Part shown: positions 1-12,477 of the stretch, piece after piece
Numbering within the stretch: the first letter of the stretch is position 1
Layout: the number at the start of each line of letters is the position of its first letter
NCBI RefSeq assembly: GCF_032062105.1
Contig: NW_026928083.1
Location: forward strand, 62,001-126,000
Length of the DNA stretch: 64,000 nucleotides
Origin: Saccostrea cucullata
Lineage: Eukaryota
Reading direction: 5' to 3'
Program-made: the position numbers and the translations under genes
Notes under the pieces: generated by a model
Told to the model about the DNA's origin: nothing
The model's input: only the letters and a program-made list of their open reading frames with translations
Databases searched by the model: none

Positions 1-169
1 ATAACTTAAATTTTAAAAAGTGAATATGTTACAGTTTTTTTTATTCCTATACGCAACTAATCTCGGCCAAGATTTGTTTAATTATTGGAATAAAAATACC
101 ATTTTTTTATGGCTGTTTTGATATTTTCGTAATTCAGTTATTAATACGATCATCTGCAAGCAACAAATG

Positions 170-204
<35 letters not shown>

Positions 205-559
205 AAGAAAAGAGACCTTTTACACGTAATTAATACATGCATACATATACATATTATATGTGTAAAAAATTATACATAGTGTATAAACAAAGTCATGTTT
301 TATTGCAATCTTAAACATGTTAAAGCAATTTATGATGTAAATGTATAATGAGTTAATGTCTGTAACAGTATTTTGTACATGTAGGCCTTTGAATAAATAT
401 ATGTATAAATGCATATTTATTAAATATGCATTTATACATATATTTATTCAAATATTAAATACCTGTAAAACATGTATTTATGCACTATGTAGTTATAGCA
501 ATGTATGAAATAGATGGATATAAGGAAAAACATTCAAGCTCAAAAGTCAATTAAGTACA

Positions 560-2060
560 AAATATGAGCATAGTAAACACGGACTTCCAAAACATCAGAG
601 GTGGGATCAGGTGCCATGGAGGAGTGAGCATCATTCGCCGACCGCTCATACCCGCCGTACCCTCCTTGCCATAATCGGGAAATAACGGGAAAATCCGTCG
701 ACAACTCAGTTTTTAAAAAATGGCCTAACAATCAGTTTGCTAATTGATAAACTTCAGTCAACATTTGACTCAATGGTAAAATGTATTTTCCGACAAAGTC
801 ATTGTATCGAACACAGAACTTAAGAAATGATGACTTTAAAAGAGACTGCTGATATTCTTGTTTCATCAATTTGTTTGTCAATAATTTACCTCGTTTAACA
901 AATTTTACATATGTAGAACATGCTCTTGCGTTTCGAATCAACTAAGAGATATAAACCACGTATGCAAAACTTAATGAAAAACGGGATTGCTCTAACTTTT
1001 CTGTCATCAACTTCCCTTACTTACGTAAAAATTTACCCTTCACACTTATACATGTATAGGGGGCTTATGTAACCTAACAAATTCTTTACGCAAGAACATA
1101 ATTACCCGAAAACAATTTATGAAATGAGGAAAACTATTGACAAACTAGTTGTTGAAACAAAATTACTAAAACAGAATATTCAAAATTTTGCAAATTCTAT
1201 GGAGCGACACAATGACCTGGTCAGCAAATACAATCTATCATTAATTAGGTCTAATGCTGACGTTTTTCATTCTAAATGTCAGGTAAATACTCACACACTG
1301 AATTGTTTTCGGGTTTTCCCGTATGTTGGATCATGATTTAAAGAGCACACAGCGGGATAGTCCGAAAAATCTGACGTTTTTCTGGCTTTTTTTTACGATT
1401 TTGATATTTTACATGCCAGGAAAACGTCAGAACCGGCGCCATTACGAAAACAGGGAATTTCACCGTCTCCACCCGAAGTTGATTTTCTACACTTGGGAAC
1501 CGAATTAGATGCCGAAATCACAATTTATCAATGGCACAATGCTCCTTGAACTCACCAATATCGATGAATAGAAATTACCACTCCACATTCCGATTCAGAA
1601 CTTGCACGATTTTAAAATGCACGAAATGAAAACAAATCTCAACAGTCAGATAAAATGTGTTCATCGGATTATATCATTTCATAAACGAAACATAAAAACG
1701 ATGTTGGTGAGTACTAAAGGTGTTGTACCATTGGTAAAATGTGAATTCAGCATTTAATTCGGTTTACAAGTATCGAAAATCAACCTCTGAATGCCGCCTC
1801 CGGTTGGAGGCGGCGATTTCCCAGTTTTCGTAATGGCGCCGGTTCTGACGTTTTCCTGGCATGTAAAATATCAAAATCGTAAAAAAGCCAGAAAAACGTC
1901 AGATTTTTCGGACTAACAGCGGGAGTGACCTTTCGACATGGGATGCTTACTCCAACAGGCACCTGATTCCACCTCTGATAATTTGGAGGTCCGTGGTTAC
2001 TCTGCTGGCAGGCAGTACTTTTTCAATGGATTTTTGAGCTTGAGCATGGTTCGTTATCTC
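560..2060. mobile_element. Degenerate Naiad 3' fragments in inverted arrangement (560-965 minus, ~985-2060 plus; the latter is interrupted by a MITE)
   Basis: Translations match the RT C-terminus of the 39.5-43.4 kb element (IRNARACSTY..KRGKLLTNKLMKQEYQQS) and its 3' UTR. Confidence 0.8.
1358..1915. mobile_element. Non-autonomous Academ-type MITE
   Basis: ~110-130-bp TIRs starting TAGTCCGAAAAATCTGACG and ending CGTCAGATTTTTCGGACTA. Perfect 9-bp TSD ACAGCGGGA (1349-1357, 1916-1924). Confidence 0.9.
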
Positions 2061-4294
2061 TATATCTCGTGAACTTTTCATGCGTGTCCTTATGGTGCAT
2101 GTATATATACATAAATATTTGAAAGTTCTTTTACACATAATTGTGCACATTGTAGTAACTGTCATGTAATTATACGATCTAAAAGCAACCAATAATAAAA
2201 CATATAAAATACAGTTAATGCATTATACATGATTAATTTTCAATGTTTCACTGAGTAATTATTTCATTTCAGAGGTGATGTCATAATTAAAGTGAAGAAA
2301 TACTTGTGTAATGGCGGCATCAAACAGTCTGCAGGCTTCGTCGTTGGAGCAGGTCATGGGAAGATTGGAGTTTCTCCATCCCTGTCAATAAACGTGTGTA
2401 TTATCACAAATAACTTCTTAAAAATATTTTGATAACTTCTTGTTAAGTTCACCATTTGTAAGTAAAAATTTCAATTGCGTAGTATCACTTCATGGGTGAA
2501 TTTCAAATATCTATAAAATGGGTAAAACTTGATGAGAATTTCTGATTTTAATTAATGCAAGTATCATTACAAGAAAGGATTTTTGCTTCCGTTGAAACCT
2601 TGTTCATTTCTTTTTAATGAATTAAGATTATTTTGAGAGAGACCTTCATTTAAACTGTCTAGCAGGATTTAAGAATATATGCACAAATCTTAAAACAAAT
2701 CAAGCCTAGAATTTCGACCAATGTCGTTTTTCTTATAAATCAATTTCCTTATCTTAAGGAGCTGATAAACATTTAATAAAGAAACATTCGATAGATATCA
2801 ATCTCTTATGCTAGCAGCCTAAAGTTACTGAAATTCCATTACATCCCCGACGACTCTCCGTACATTTAAAACATTAAAAACATATTTTATTTTTGTTGTT
2901 TTTAATTAGAATTTGATCGTCCCGCTTGTTAAATGATTTTTTTTTAATTCCGTTTTTCTTACCTGACAGTCCCTCCACGATCTCTTCATTCTGTTTTCGA
3001 TATATTCCACAATCCGCTTATTGTGTTGATTTAGTCACATGCACGACCTAATTATAGATCGACCGGAATGACGAAGTTAAATACTTACGGTCATACAATG
3101 TGAATATAAGATAAATATGTGAAAAAACATAAGTATCACATGTAAAACTGCGTACGCTTAAAAATATGTTGATACGCTAGTCCGCGTCTAAAAATTGATT
3201 GTTCAGTGAACTGCCTATCGATTTAGGTATGTAAAAAAGTAAGGTTACGCCTCGGGACAAAAAATAAATCGGAAAAGTTTGTTTACTTTTGTAAAAAAGG
3301 CTTTGAATAAAATAATGCCATTGGTGTAAACTTTAAAATATCTCTATAGTAAAACAGGGATACTATCATAAATACATGTATAAAACTTGTTTAAATAAGG
3401 GCTTAGATTGCATATTGTAATCTTTAATAATTTTTAGTAACCTATTAACTTTAAACATATTTTTTTGTCGCTGGAGGGTATAGAATTCTAATATTGTTTA
3501 TTTCCCTCGCTTAAAAAATGTCTGCTTAAGTTTTAAACGTCTATCTTCTTCACAACATATACAATATCTAAGTGTATCTAATTCACTATATGGGTTTGTG
3601 AAAACAGGAGCGGATCAAAAACATTTGCATGGCTAGCAAAGATGTTATTTTTCTATTTTATTTATTTATTATAATTTTTCTACACTTATGCCACTTCCTT
3701 ATTCCGAATTTGAAGTTAAATATAGTGAATAAATTATCACATGTACGTGTGTAATTTAGGTTCTCTTTTTAAAATGCGTAGTTCGTCTAAACGTCTATGC
3801 TATGAGATAATGAACTCTAATAAGGTCAAGTGGTTGTGCGAAGTGCAATGTATTTTGCCGTTCAATCTTGGTATGACTAAAATAAGGTTATGTATTTGGG
3901 CTATAAATTTTGTTGTCTCTTGTAAAGCAAATCAGACACAGACTCTAAATTGTACATTACATACTTAATCTAATTATTTAAAGCTAGGTATATTAAGTAT
4001 ATTTTTGGATATTACGTTGAGTAAATTTCCCTTCGCGCTATATTTGTTAAAACATTTCACGTAAGGTTTTTCAAATTGAATGTAGAATAATTTAATTTCA
4101 GTTGTATCACGCAATTTCATTGGCTGAATCATTCAGAGGAACATATAATATTATGTATAACATAATTGCCTACGTCACAATGAGTCACGTCAAAAACGTA
4201 TTGCTCCGCTTAACGTTACTTTTAAAATAATGCTCAATTTGAAGCCTTTTTCTGGAGGAAATATTGTCTCAATGTCTACACGAAAATTAAGTTA

Positions 4295-4454
4295 TAAGTA
4301 ATGAAGCTGATTTCAACTTAATATGTTATCCGATATAACAGAACTTGGGGCAGTTTACGCTTTCTAAAAAAACTGCTTCGCGGTTTATAAAGCGTAAACT
4401 GCCCCAAGGTATGTTATATTGGATAACATAAGTTTAAATAAGCTTCATTCCTTA
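4295..4454. repeat. 160-bp near-perfect hairpin (Crypton-like non-autonomous element end)
   Basis: TAAGTAATGAAGCT..AGCTTCATTCCTTA arms; CTTGGGGCAGTTTACGCTTT/AAAGCGTAAACTGCCCCAAG. Confidence 0.75.
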
Positions 4455-5523
4455 AATAATTCTGAAAATTAAATTCTTTAAAAAATCTGTTAAAGTGGTC
4501 GAGTAAGGTTATTTCGGAAAATCTAATGCAAAAGGTTACCCGACTAGGCTACAAAAATAATTTATAATCCTTTTTTTCACACAAGATTGTCTACTGATTT
4601 TCACATTAACATAAACAGGTCGAGACCACTAGATTTCCTGACGTCAGAATAAATTTGCATGTAAATTAGCTATATGTTTACTTTACCCACTGATGAATGA
4701 GTCGCAATGCATTGTGGGATACTACAGGTACTCAGCTGTGTTGAAAATAAAGGGTAACTTAAATTGTCCCTTGGAAACCTATTTTCAATTTTGTTTTGAG
4801 AATTGTGGAAGAAATATTTAAAATAATGTATAATCTTTCATGTCAATGCTCACATTTACAAAATTCCCTTTTTGAAGCCTTATATCAACTTATAAAACAT
4901 CGGCCTTAACCATTGCTCAAAGAGACGTAGACCTGTGTTACATGTATCGTGTCGATAAAACATTGAGTTTGTTTTCACGAGATATACGTGTACATAGTTT
5001 TAGCAGGTAGTATATAGGTCCTTGATTTTAGACAGCAGGAGAAGGTGTTTAATTATTATTTAACCCCTCAATATTATTTTATGTACATGCAGACGTCAAA
5101 GCGTCTGTACGGTATTCGAAGCAACTATTAATCATCTAAAACAACTCCAATATTAAATGTACTAGCATGGAGCAATGTCTTTACAATATAATCTTTCAAT
5201 TTTGGTCTGATAAAGTGATTAAGAAGCTCTACAGATTTTCTGGTGACGAGTTAAAAAATGTGTAGTAAACCGACGAAAACCACGTGTCGCCATTGAATCG
5301 TGAACACGTAGTAGAGTGTCATGCTTTGGGACTCATTCACTTGATTGGAGAACGGGTGTGACGAATACATCGTCACGTGTCGAAAATTGCCTTCCATATA
5401 AGGTAGCGATCTCGACCTGATAAACAAAACAAGGAGTAAACGGCCGTTTTTGGCCATTTTACACTATGAAAATGACGAAAAATAATGAAACACAAAAGTC
5501 CCTTTAAAAAAAACAGGTTAATT

Positions 5524-5681
5524 TAAACAATAAAATGCTTTCTTTGTTTGTTATTACTGGAATTAACGGAAGCAGCTGTTGCAGAAAAAATACATTTACG
5601 CGGGTTATGTAAATTTTTTCTGCAATAGCTGCGACCGTTAATTCCAGTAATAACAAACAAAGAAAGACATTTTATTGTTTA
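5524..5681. repeat. 158-bp near-perfect hairpin (Crypton-like)
   Basis: TTTCTTTGTTTGTTATTACTGGAATTAACGG/CCGTTAATTCCAGTAATAACAAACAAAGAAA. Confidence 0.75.
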
Positions 5682-6429
5682 TATTCATATCTGTTTAAAT
5701 AATCATTTAAAGAAGGATTAAAAAGTTTAATTATTGTATGATGCGAACGTCTTTATACGTTTCATTGATGGAACAGCCACTGATCAAGAAATCTGTATAG
5801 GCGACATCCCTAATGTAGTTCATGCAGTGATTAACGCAATGGGTTTCTTAAGAAATAAAAGAGAAAATATTCAGTGGATGTAAATATAGCAGATCAAACA
5901 CGGACTTCTATATACATCAGATGTGGGATCAAGATTCGTGGCAGAGTGCATTTCCCTTGTCATCCTGTCACACCCGCAAGTATGTTCATTATAATGATTC
6001 CGTACTTATATAGTATAAATACATGCACCGGTAACGGTATACAAATTGGTAAGGAATTAAAATTAAAAGTCAGTTACCAACGAATGATAGATTGTATTTG
6101 CCGTCAAGGGCATTGTGTCGAACCTAGAGCTTACTAAAAAAATTACTAAAAACAATACTATTAATATGCTTGTCAATATTTTGGTCAGTAGTGTGTTTCG
6201 TTTTAGAAATTATTCATCTGTAGAACATTTCTTTCGTATCAAATCAACTGAGAAATAAAATCCCCATTTGCAGATAGAAAAAAAGGTATATTGCTACATA
6301 AAGTTGACGATAAAAAAAATTATCGTAAAGTTTTCAATTGATTTTATATTATAACTAACGTCTTTTTTATTAAAATATCCCAATAGATAACAGTTCTGTG
6401 ATATCTTTTAATTCAAGTTTTATATATAT

Positions 6430-6839
6430 TAGGGATGTGCGATTTTATCGGTATACCGGTATATCGCGATTTTTTGTTGCGTGATACGTATCGTGATACG
6501 GAGACCTAAATACCGGTATTTGGGTACATATTATGAAGTCCAGAAATTATTCATTTATTTGTTCAATCATTTAAATTACAATTATAGTAAGTCTAAAAAA
6601 TGTTGTAAAAGGTGAAAAGAACAGCATCTTACCATCCAAACATGATCAATTGTATGTACATAAATATTTCAAAAAAGTGAAATTTTGTTTTTTTTTAGCA
6701 TATTCTAAAAAAAAATAATGACATTTCATTAAAAATCATTGTAAAATTGATTGTAAAAATATCATGATATTATCGTGATATTTTTGGGGGAAAATCGTGA
6801 TATATCGCGATACGTAATTTTTGGCGATACCCATCCCTA
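6430..6839. mobile_element. hAT-like MITE inserted in (TA)n
   Basis: TAGGGATG..CATCCCTA termini, ATATATAT on both sides, subterminal ATCG(C/T)GAT repeats. Confidence 0.75.
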
Positions 6840-9028
6840 ATATATATATATATAATTATAATATCGATCCCGCAGGTGAATAGAAATATAACTGCTATAT
6901 ATCTAAATGTCGTGTTGAAGACCACAGAAAGTGCTTTCTTCTCACGTGTAAGTTCTTAGATATATTCTGTTTCATATGAATAAAATAATAAGTCTGCCTA
7001 AACGGGCTGCTATTGGTCATCACCATCGGAACTTCATTAGATTGTTGGAAAATGCAATCTTCAAAAACTACATAGACCACGCAATAAAAAACTCAAGCAT
7101 CTGTTACATCAATTCCAACGTACTTTTGTATACAATTAGAGTGTTATAACAAGATAACTTTGCAAGTGAGCAATGACAATCATGGGGGTTTTTTTTAGGT
7201 CCGTTTGAAGTATACGCACCTGTTTATGCTGACAAATAGCCTTCAAAGTTGACATTAAATTATCGTGTTGAATGGTTGTATAAAGTGTTAATGATAGTCC
7301 TAAATTTTCTTTTTTACTGCTGTTTTTATTTTTGTGAAGAGAAAAAAAACCCCAGACGCAACGATTATTTATTGCGACCCTCTATGAATCCATGTTTTAC
7401 AGGAATTTTTAAGAAGTTAAGGAATCAAATATAAGTATGTTAATTCAAATTCCTTTTCATTGTTGAAGTTATTAAAATGATCAAAACTGACGTAATTTTG
7501 AAGGAATATCTACCTTTAAATTAAGTGGAACATTTTTAAAAGATAAAGTTCAAGCTGGAGATGGACTCTTGCTTTAGACGCTGGATCTTAAGATTTTTTT
7601 GGACATAGGATTGAAGTATGTTATTTTTCTGAGCAGGAAAATCCAAGTAACCATTTTTCTTACTTTGTCAAGATTGACTGCGATTCATGCAGATGTTCAT
7701 TACTGGAACTTTCATTAAATGAACAACTCTGTGTCCCTATTGATAGTATTCAGTATTTTTGATTGTTTAGTATGTTTTATCCAGGAGAAAATGGAATGCT
7801 GTGAACTGATCAAAGTTTATTTCAGACCTACATGATTTCCCAGACATTTTTATCTCGTTACTGTTTTATCGATTTTTCTTATCACAGTCTAATATTTGAA
7901 GGAGTTATGACTATCCTTTTTTACAACTTGTATAAATATCATAAACCTATTTTTTATCGGAAGGAAAGACCAATGTGACGTACAATACATATCAAGTTAG
8001 AAGGACTTATGAGTATAAAATCAACTCTTATGTAGTGATTTATTTCTTTCTATAACCAATGTGAACATTTTTTTTTATCCAACATAGCTTGTGCAGGTAG
8101 GTAAAACGTATCTAAACATTAATTTAAAAATATTTTTCTTTACTTAGGAATAAGAAAATATTCAGAAAGGATATCGTATGTATTAACAATTATAGATCTT
8201 TATATGTGTTATTCATCGTTAAAATTTTGTCGTACACAAACTTGAATGACCTTTTTTTGTAGGCTGCAGTCTATTGTAGGATTATAGTCTTGAGTTTTAA
8301 ATCCATACACGTTTAACATTGTAACACTCTTATCTGATAATATATATTTTTTAATGAGACAAAGCTACTTTATCTATTATGTCAATGGATATACTGTATA
8401 TTTGCATTTGTCCGTCATGTCATTTTCAAAACTTTATTAATGCTTAAAGATAAATTTTTATATTTCGTATTAGGCAACCATTAATATTTGAATATTTTAT
8501 TGGTCTTCACAAATTAATATGACAAGTTTGTCTTCTTTAAGTGTTAAATTTAAGTACTGTAAATCCATTGAGTACTGCAAACCCATAAAGTTTTAGTAGT
8601 AATGTTGCATCAATTTGACACAAGACGAATATGTAACACAAACATCTTTTTTTAAATGATGACACTAAAAAAAAAAAATAACTGAAAAATGATTACTGAC
8701 TTAAGACTGAATCTTTCAAATTCATAAATTACTACGGGTTTTTATTTATTTAGATAAAACTATGTCTTATTTTTGTTGTTTTATATCTCAAAAAGAGGAT
8801 GAGAGTAAAACAACTTTACTTTTACTTTTAAATTTATTTTGCGGCTGTGGGGTCATAACTTCCGGTCAAAACACTGGCAAAAGCTGACAATTGCTCTTAG
8901 AACAATAAGACAAGCTTAAAGTCGTTTAAATACATGAAACATTGTATTATTACTACACTCACAGTGTGGAAGCTGTTCCACATAATTTAAATCGGGTTCG
9001 ATATTCTACTTAGTTTGCATGCGCTCAT

Positions 9029-9038
9029 GAAAGTGAAA
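9029..9038 (+). promoter_or_regulatory. Candidate ISRE/IRF-binding element GAAAGTGAAA upstream of the cGLR
   Basis: Exact GAAAGTGAAA, just 5' of a candidate UTR-exon donor (AG|GTAGGA, 9057) that could pair with the acceptor at 9618. A short motif in AT-rich DNA, so it could be chance. Confidence 0.35.
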
Positions 9039-9672
9039 ATAGGAAATATGTTTTAGGTAGGATTTGTATCAGTATTATAAATATTAATTACATGCTCTTT
9101 TTTACCACAAAAATATTTGATACAAAGCAGCTCGTTTTTATTTTTTAAAAAGTCAATTCTTTATTTTATATAACACAAAACAGAAAAAAAAATTAATGCT
9201 GAACTCAAACAGTTAATTGAAATCGGACGCATTATAAACATGATAAAATTTTTATATTTAAAATTCATACATTAATTATTTCATGAAAGTTAAAAGTTCT
9301 TATAATCATTAAACGAAACGGTTTAAGCAAAAAGATTGCATAATATGCAATACCGCGTTATACAAGACTGTGTTCTGTGTATATAGATAGGTACCATACA
9401 TGTATAAACATAGTCATTTCCTTGGGACTTCAACGCCATTTCGATTAAGGTCTACCCCACACCAAACTTAAATGAGGAAAAGTGACCGGTTATAAAATAT
9501 GGGTTTTGAAAGAAATAATTCGTAATTAAATCATATTTCCAAATAAACGATCAATGTATCCCTTATCTGCTGATTTATTCATCTACATGTAATTATGGAA
9601 AATTTTATTTGTTTTAGGATAACCTCAGACTGTATTGTATGTTATTGATGCACCGTTCAAATATATTTAACT

Positions 9673-12477
9673 ATGGAAAAAGAAGTACCATTCACAGTAT
9701 ACATGCTACAGTTAGCCACCAAAAATTCTCTAGACGAAGAGGATATTGAAAGATCTTCCCCGGATTTATGCACGGAACTTCACCTTGCGATATTAAATAG
9801 GGATATAGATGCATGTCGTAGAGAGGTACAAAAAATCGAGCATATCAATAATAAAGATATAAGAGGCGATTCAGCACTTCATTTAGCAGTACGCTGGATA
9901 ACACCGATAGGGGAAGATTTAGCAAACAAATTGGTTTCTGCTGGGGCGAATGTTAATATTCGGAACAAATGGTGCCAGACTCCACTACACTATGCCGTCT
10001 TTGCTGGTTCTGGCCGCAATGTAAGTTGTTTACTGGCACAGACAAATATAGACGTGAATGCTGCTGATGTAAATGGTTACACACCCTTGCATTGTTGTTT
10101 TCGGTACAAATTAGACCATGAAGGAGAAAGTTTCGATAGAGGAGGAATTTTTAGGAATGAAGGAGATGATTTGCTAGAAATTGCAGACAAACTTATATTA
10201 GCGGGTGCAGACATTAATGCAACTACAAAATATGGAAACAGCATATTACATCTTATTGTTAGAAAAGATGACAATTCAGAACTTTTGAAGTTAATGTTGG
10301 AAAAGTACTTAGGATTCAATGTCTATATAAAAAATTATATGGGGGAGAATTTCTTGCATGTATATGTTACAAGTGAAGTTATTGAAAAGGTCATTGAAAA
10401 CATAGAGTTCATTTCCATAAACCTTTCCGAAGAGGCAGTAAAGACCTTGCTTAATGATAAAGACATATATGGAAGAGCACCTTGGGCAAACATGATAGAT
10501 ACAGGAAATATTGACGCGGATTCGCTCGTAAGGATGATAGAACTGGGCTCTGATATTTTTTCTGCAGATTGTATGAAAAACACAGCTTTACACAGGTTAG
10601 CTGGAGTAAGTTGGGGAATTTCTTTTCTTGATATATTGGAAATACTTATGAATGCAAATGTGAACTTGAACTCAAAAAATGTGTTCGGAGAATCAGCTGC
10701 GTTTGTTGTCTTTCAAGAAGAAGTGTTCAGTGTTTTGATGAAAGGAAATGTGGACTTCACTTTAAAAGATCGTTGGGGTAGATCTCCTTTGATGTCAGTA
10801 CTTAAGCATAGGCCCATACCTGAATTGATTAGGAGGCTTATTATTGAAGGAAATGTTGATGTCAACGCTGTTGATGAAAGCGGTTCCACTCCTCTTCATA
10901 TTGCGGCATATCACAATTTTGAAGAACAAGTAGAACTCTTACTAAGCCATGGCGCAAATGCCTTTGCTGAAGACAACTTAAAAGAAAGACCTTTGGAAAC
11001 TGTTAAGCGACACTGCAGTTACCGCTGTTACAAGCTTCTATCTCACACAGAAAATACCGAACTTCTTTATTCTCGCGTCAAATCGTTCGAAAAAATGCTT
11101 CTTGAAATGCCAAAACGCATTCAATGTTCAGTTATCAAATCAAAAGAAAGTATTGAGCATGCATTAGGTCTCCCAGAAAACCGTGCTGAAATATTTGATT
11201 TTCTAATGCATACATACTATGACAGAACACCGGAAAATGCGAACGAAATTTCTCAAATAAATCAAGAAATTGTAGGACTTGTACAAATACTGTGCAATAG
11301 TATTGCATCATATGATAAACGATTTAGCATGTCTATTTTTCGCACTGGCTCTTCAGAGGAAAATACTAAGGTTGGGCCTCCAGACGAATTCGATTTTGCT
11401 CTCTGCATTAATGAATTGCAAGAAATAACAACTATCGTTATGACAAAAGAATGCACAGAGAAAGGATTTGCATGTCTTAAATTTTGTAAGAATCCAATAC
11501 CCGAAGACTACGTACAGTTTTCAGACTTGGAAGGATATTTCTTAGCATTTCCATATCTTAGCCTATATAGAACCTATCTTAAGAGAGCTCTGAACGAAGC
11601 ATCAACATGGACCAAAGGAAATCTCCTTTTCAATTATGAAGACAAGATGGAAGTTATCAGTGGAAAGCCTGTTTTCAACTTTGAAGTTTACTGGATAGGA
11701 TGTGTTTACAAACAACTTAAAATCAGCATTGATCTGGTTCCTGTTGTTTACACACCGGGATGGTGGCCAAAGAATGTTAATTTCCCGGATTTTATTGAAA
11801 TGAACGAAGATGTTCAAAAGGCAGGTTGTTTTCTAATTCTTCAGACGAAGAGAAATGATTTTAATAGAAATAACCTTATAGCTGGCGATGATATATACGA
11901 GACATGTAACAACAATCGAGATGTGAAAACCCGAAGAATGCTTCGTGTGTCCGCAGCACCTGCAGAAATAACACTAATGAAAACGCTGCCAAATGTGTTT
12001 CGTTCCGCTTATATTCTTGCTAAGATTATGAAAAGCAAAGAAGTTTGTCCTAAAATTGAAATTGACCAGCTTCCATCAACTCTCTACGCTCATCAAAGTG
12101 CCTTCAAATTGCATAAGCCACCCCCTATTAACCCGTCTCATGTCATCAAAAGTTACATGCTTAAGAATTGTACATTTTATCTTTGGCTTGAATTGCACAA
12201 AAAAATCTTGGATGAAAATTTAAGCAGCACAGACATTGCTGGTCGTCTCTTTCAGTATTTGCTGAAATTCACAAATGTTCGGCAACTTAGCCCGTTTTTC
12301 CTTCCTTATTCGGACGTTTTCGAGTTTGAAAAGGATGAATATATATCTTCATACAATAAGTTTTTGCTGAATTTGAAAAGAGAGTTAAGCATAAAGACTA
12401 TTCTTGGTATATTAAAACACGACTTCCCGGAGGAATGCTTATCTATAAGTAACATTCTGACATTTTCAATAGATTAA
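9673..12477 (+). CDS. Ankyrin-repeat + Mab-21/cGAS-like nucleotidyltransferase (ANK-cGLR), 934 aa, single coding exon
   Basis: About 10-12 ankyrin repeats in aa ~33-460 (GDSALHLA, QTPLHYA, GYTPLHC, GNSILHL, NTALHRL, GRSPLMS, GSTPLHIAA). The C-terminal half has the Mab-21 signature TGSSEENTKVGPPDEFDF, a third acidic residue in ISIDLVP and the helix IKSYMLKNC. A splice acceptor TTTTAG ends at 9618, before the ATG. Confidence 0.9.
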   Translation: MEKEVPFTVYMLQLATKNSLDEEDIERSSPDLCTELHLAILNRDIDACRREVQKIEHINNKDIRGDSALHLAVRWITPIGEDLANKLVSAGANVNIRNKWCQTPLHYAVFAGSGRNVSCLLAQTNIDVNAADVNGYTPLHCCFRYKLDHEGESFDRGGIFRNEGDDLLEIADKLILAGADINATTKYGNSILHLIVRKDDNSELLKLMLEKYLGFNVYIKNYMGENFLHVYVTSEVIEKVIENIEFISINLSEEAVKTLLNDKDIYGRAPWANMIDTGNIDADSLVRMIELGSDIFSADCMKNTALHRLAGVSWGISFLDILEILMNANVNLNSKNVFGESAAFVVFQEEVFSVLMKGNVDFTLKDRWGRSPLMSVLKHRPIPELIRRLIIEGNVDVNAVDESGSTPLHIAAYHNFEEQVELLLSHGANAFAEDNLKERPLETVKRHCSYRCYKLLSHTENTELLYSRVKSFEKMLLEMPKRIQCSVIKSKESIEHALGLPENRAEIFDFLMHTYYDRTPENANEISQINQEIVGLVQILCNSIASYDKRFSMSIFRTGSSEENTKVGPPDEFDFALCINELQEITTIVMTKECTEKGFACLKFCKNPIPEDYVQFSDLEGYFLAFPYLSLYRTYLKRALNEASTWTKGNLLFNYEDKMEVISGKPVFNFEVYWIGCVYKQLKISIDLVPVVYTPGWWPKNVNFPDFIEMNEDVQKAGCFLILQTKRNDFNRNNLIAGDDIYETCNNNRDVKTRRMLRVSAAPAEITLMKTLPNVFRSAYILAKIMKSKEVCPKIEIDQLPSTLYAHQSAFKLHKPPPINPSHVIKSYMLKNCTFYLWLELHKKILDENLSSTDIAGRLFQYLLKFTNVRQLSPFFLPYSDVFEFEKDEYISSYNKFLLNLKRELSIKTILGILKHDFPEECLSISNILTFSID

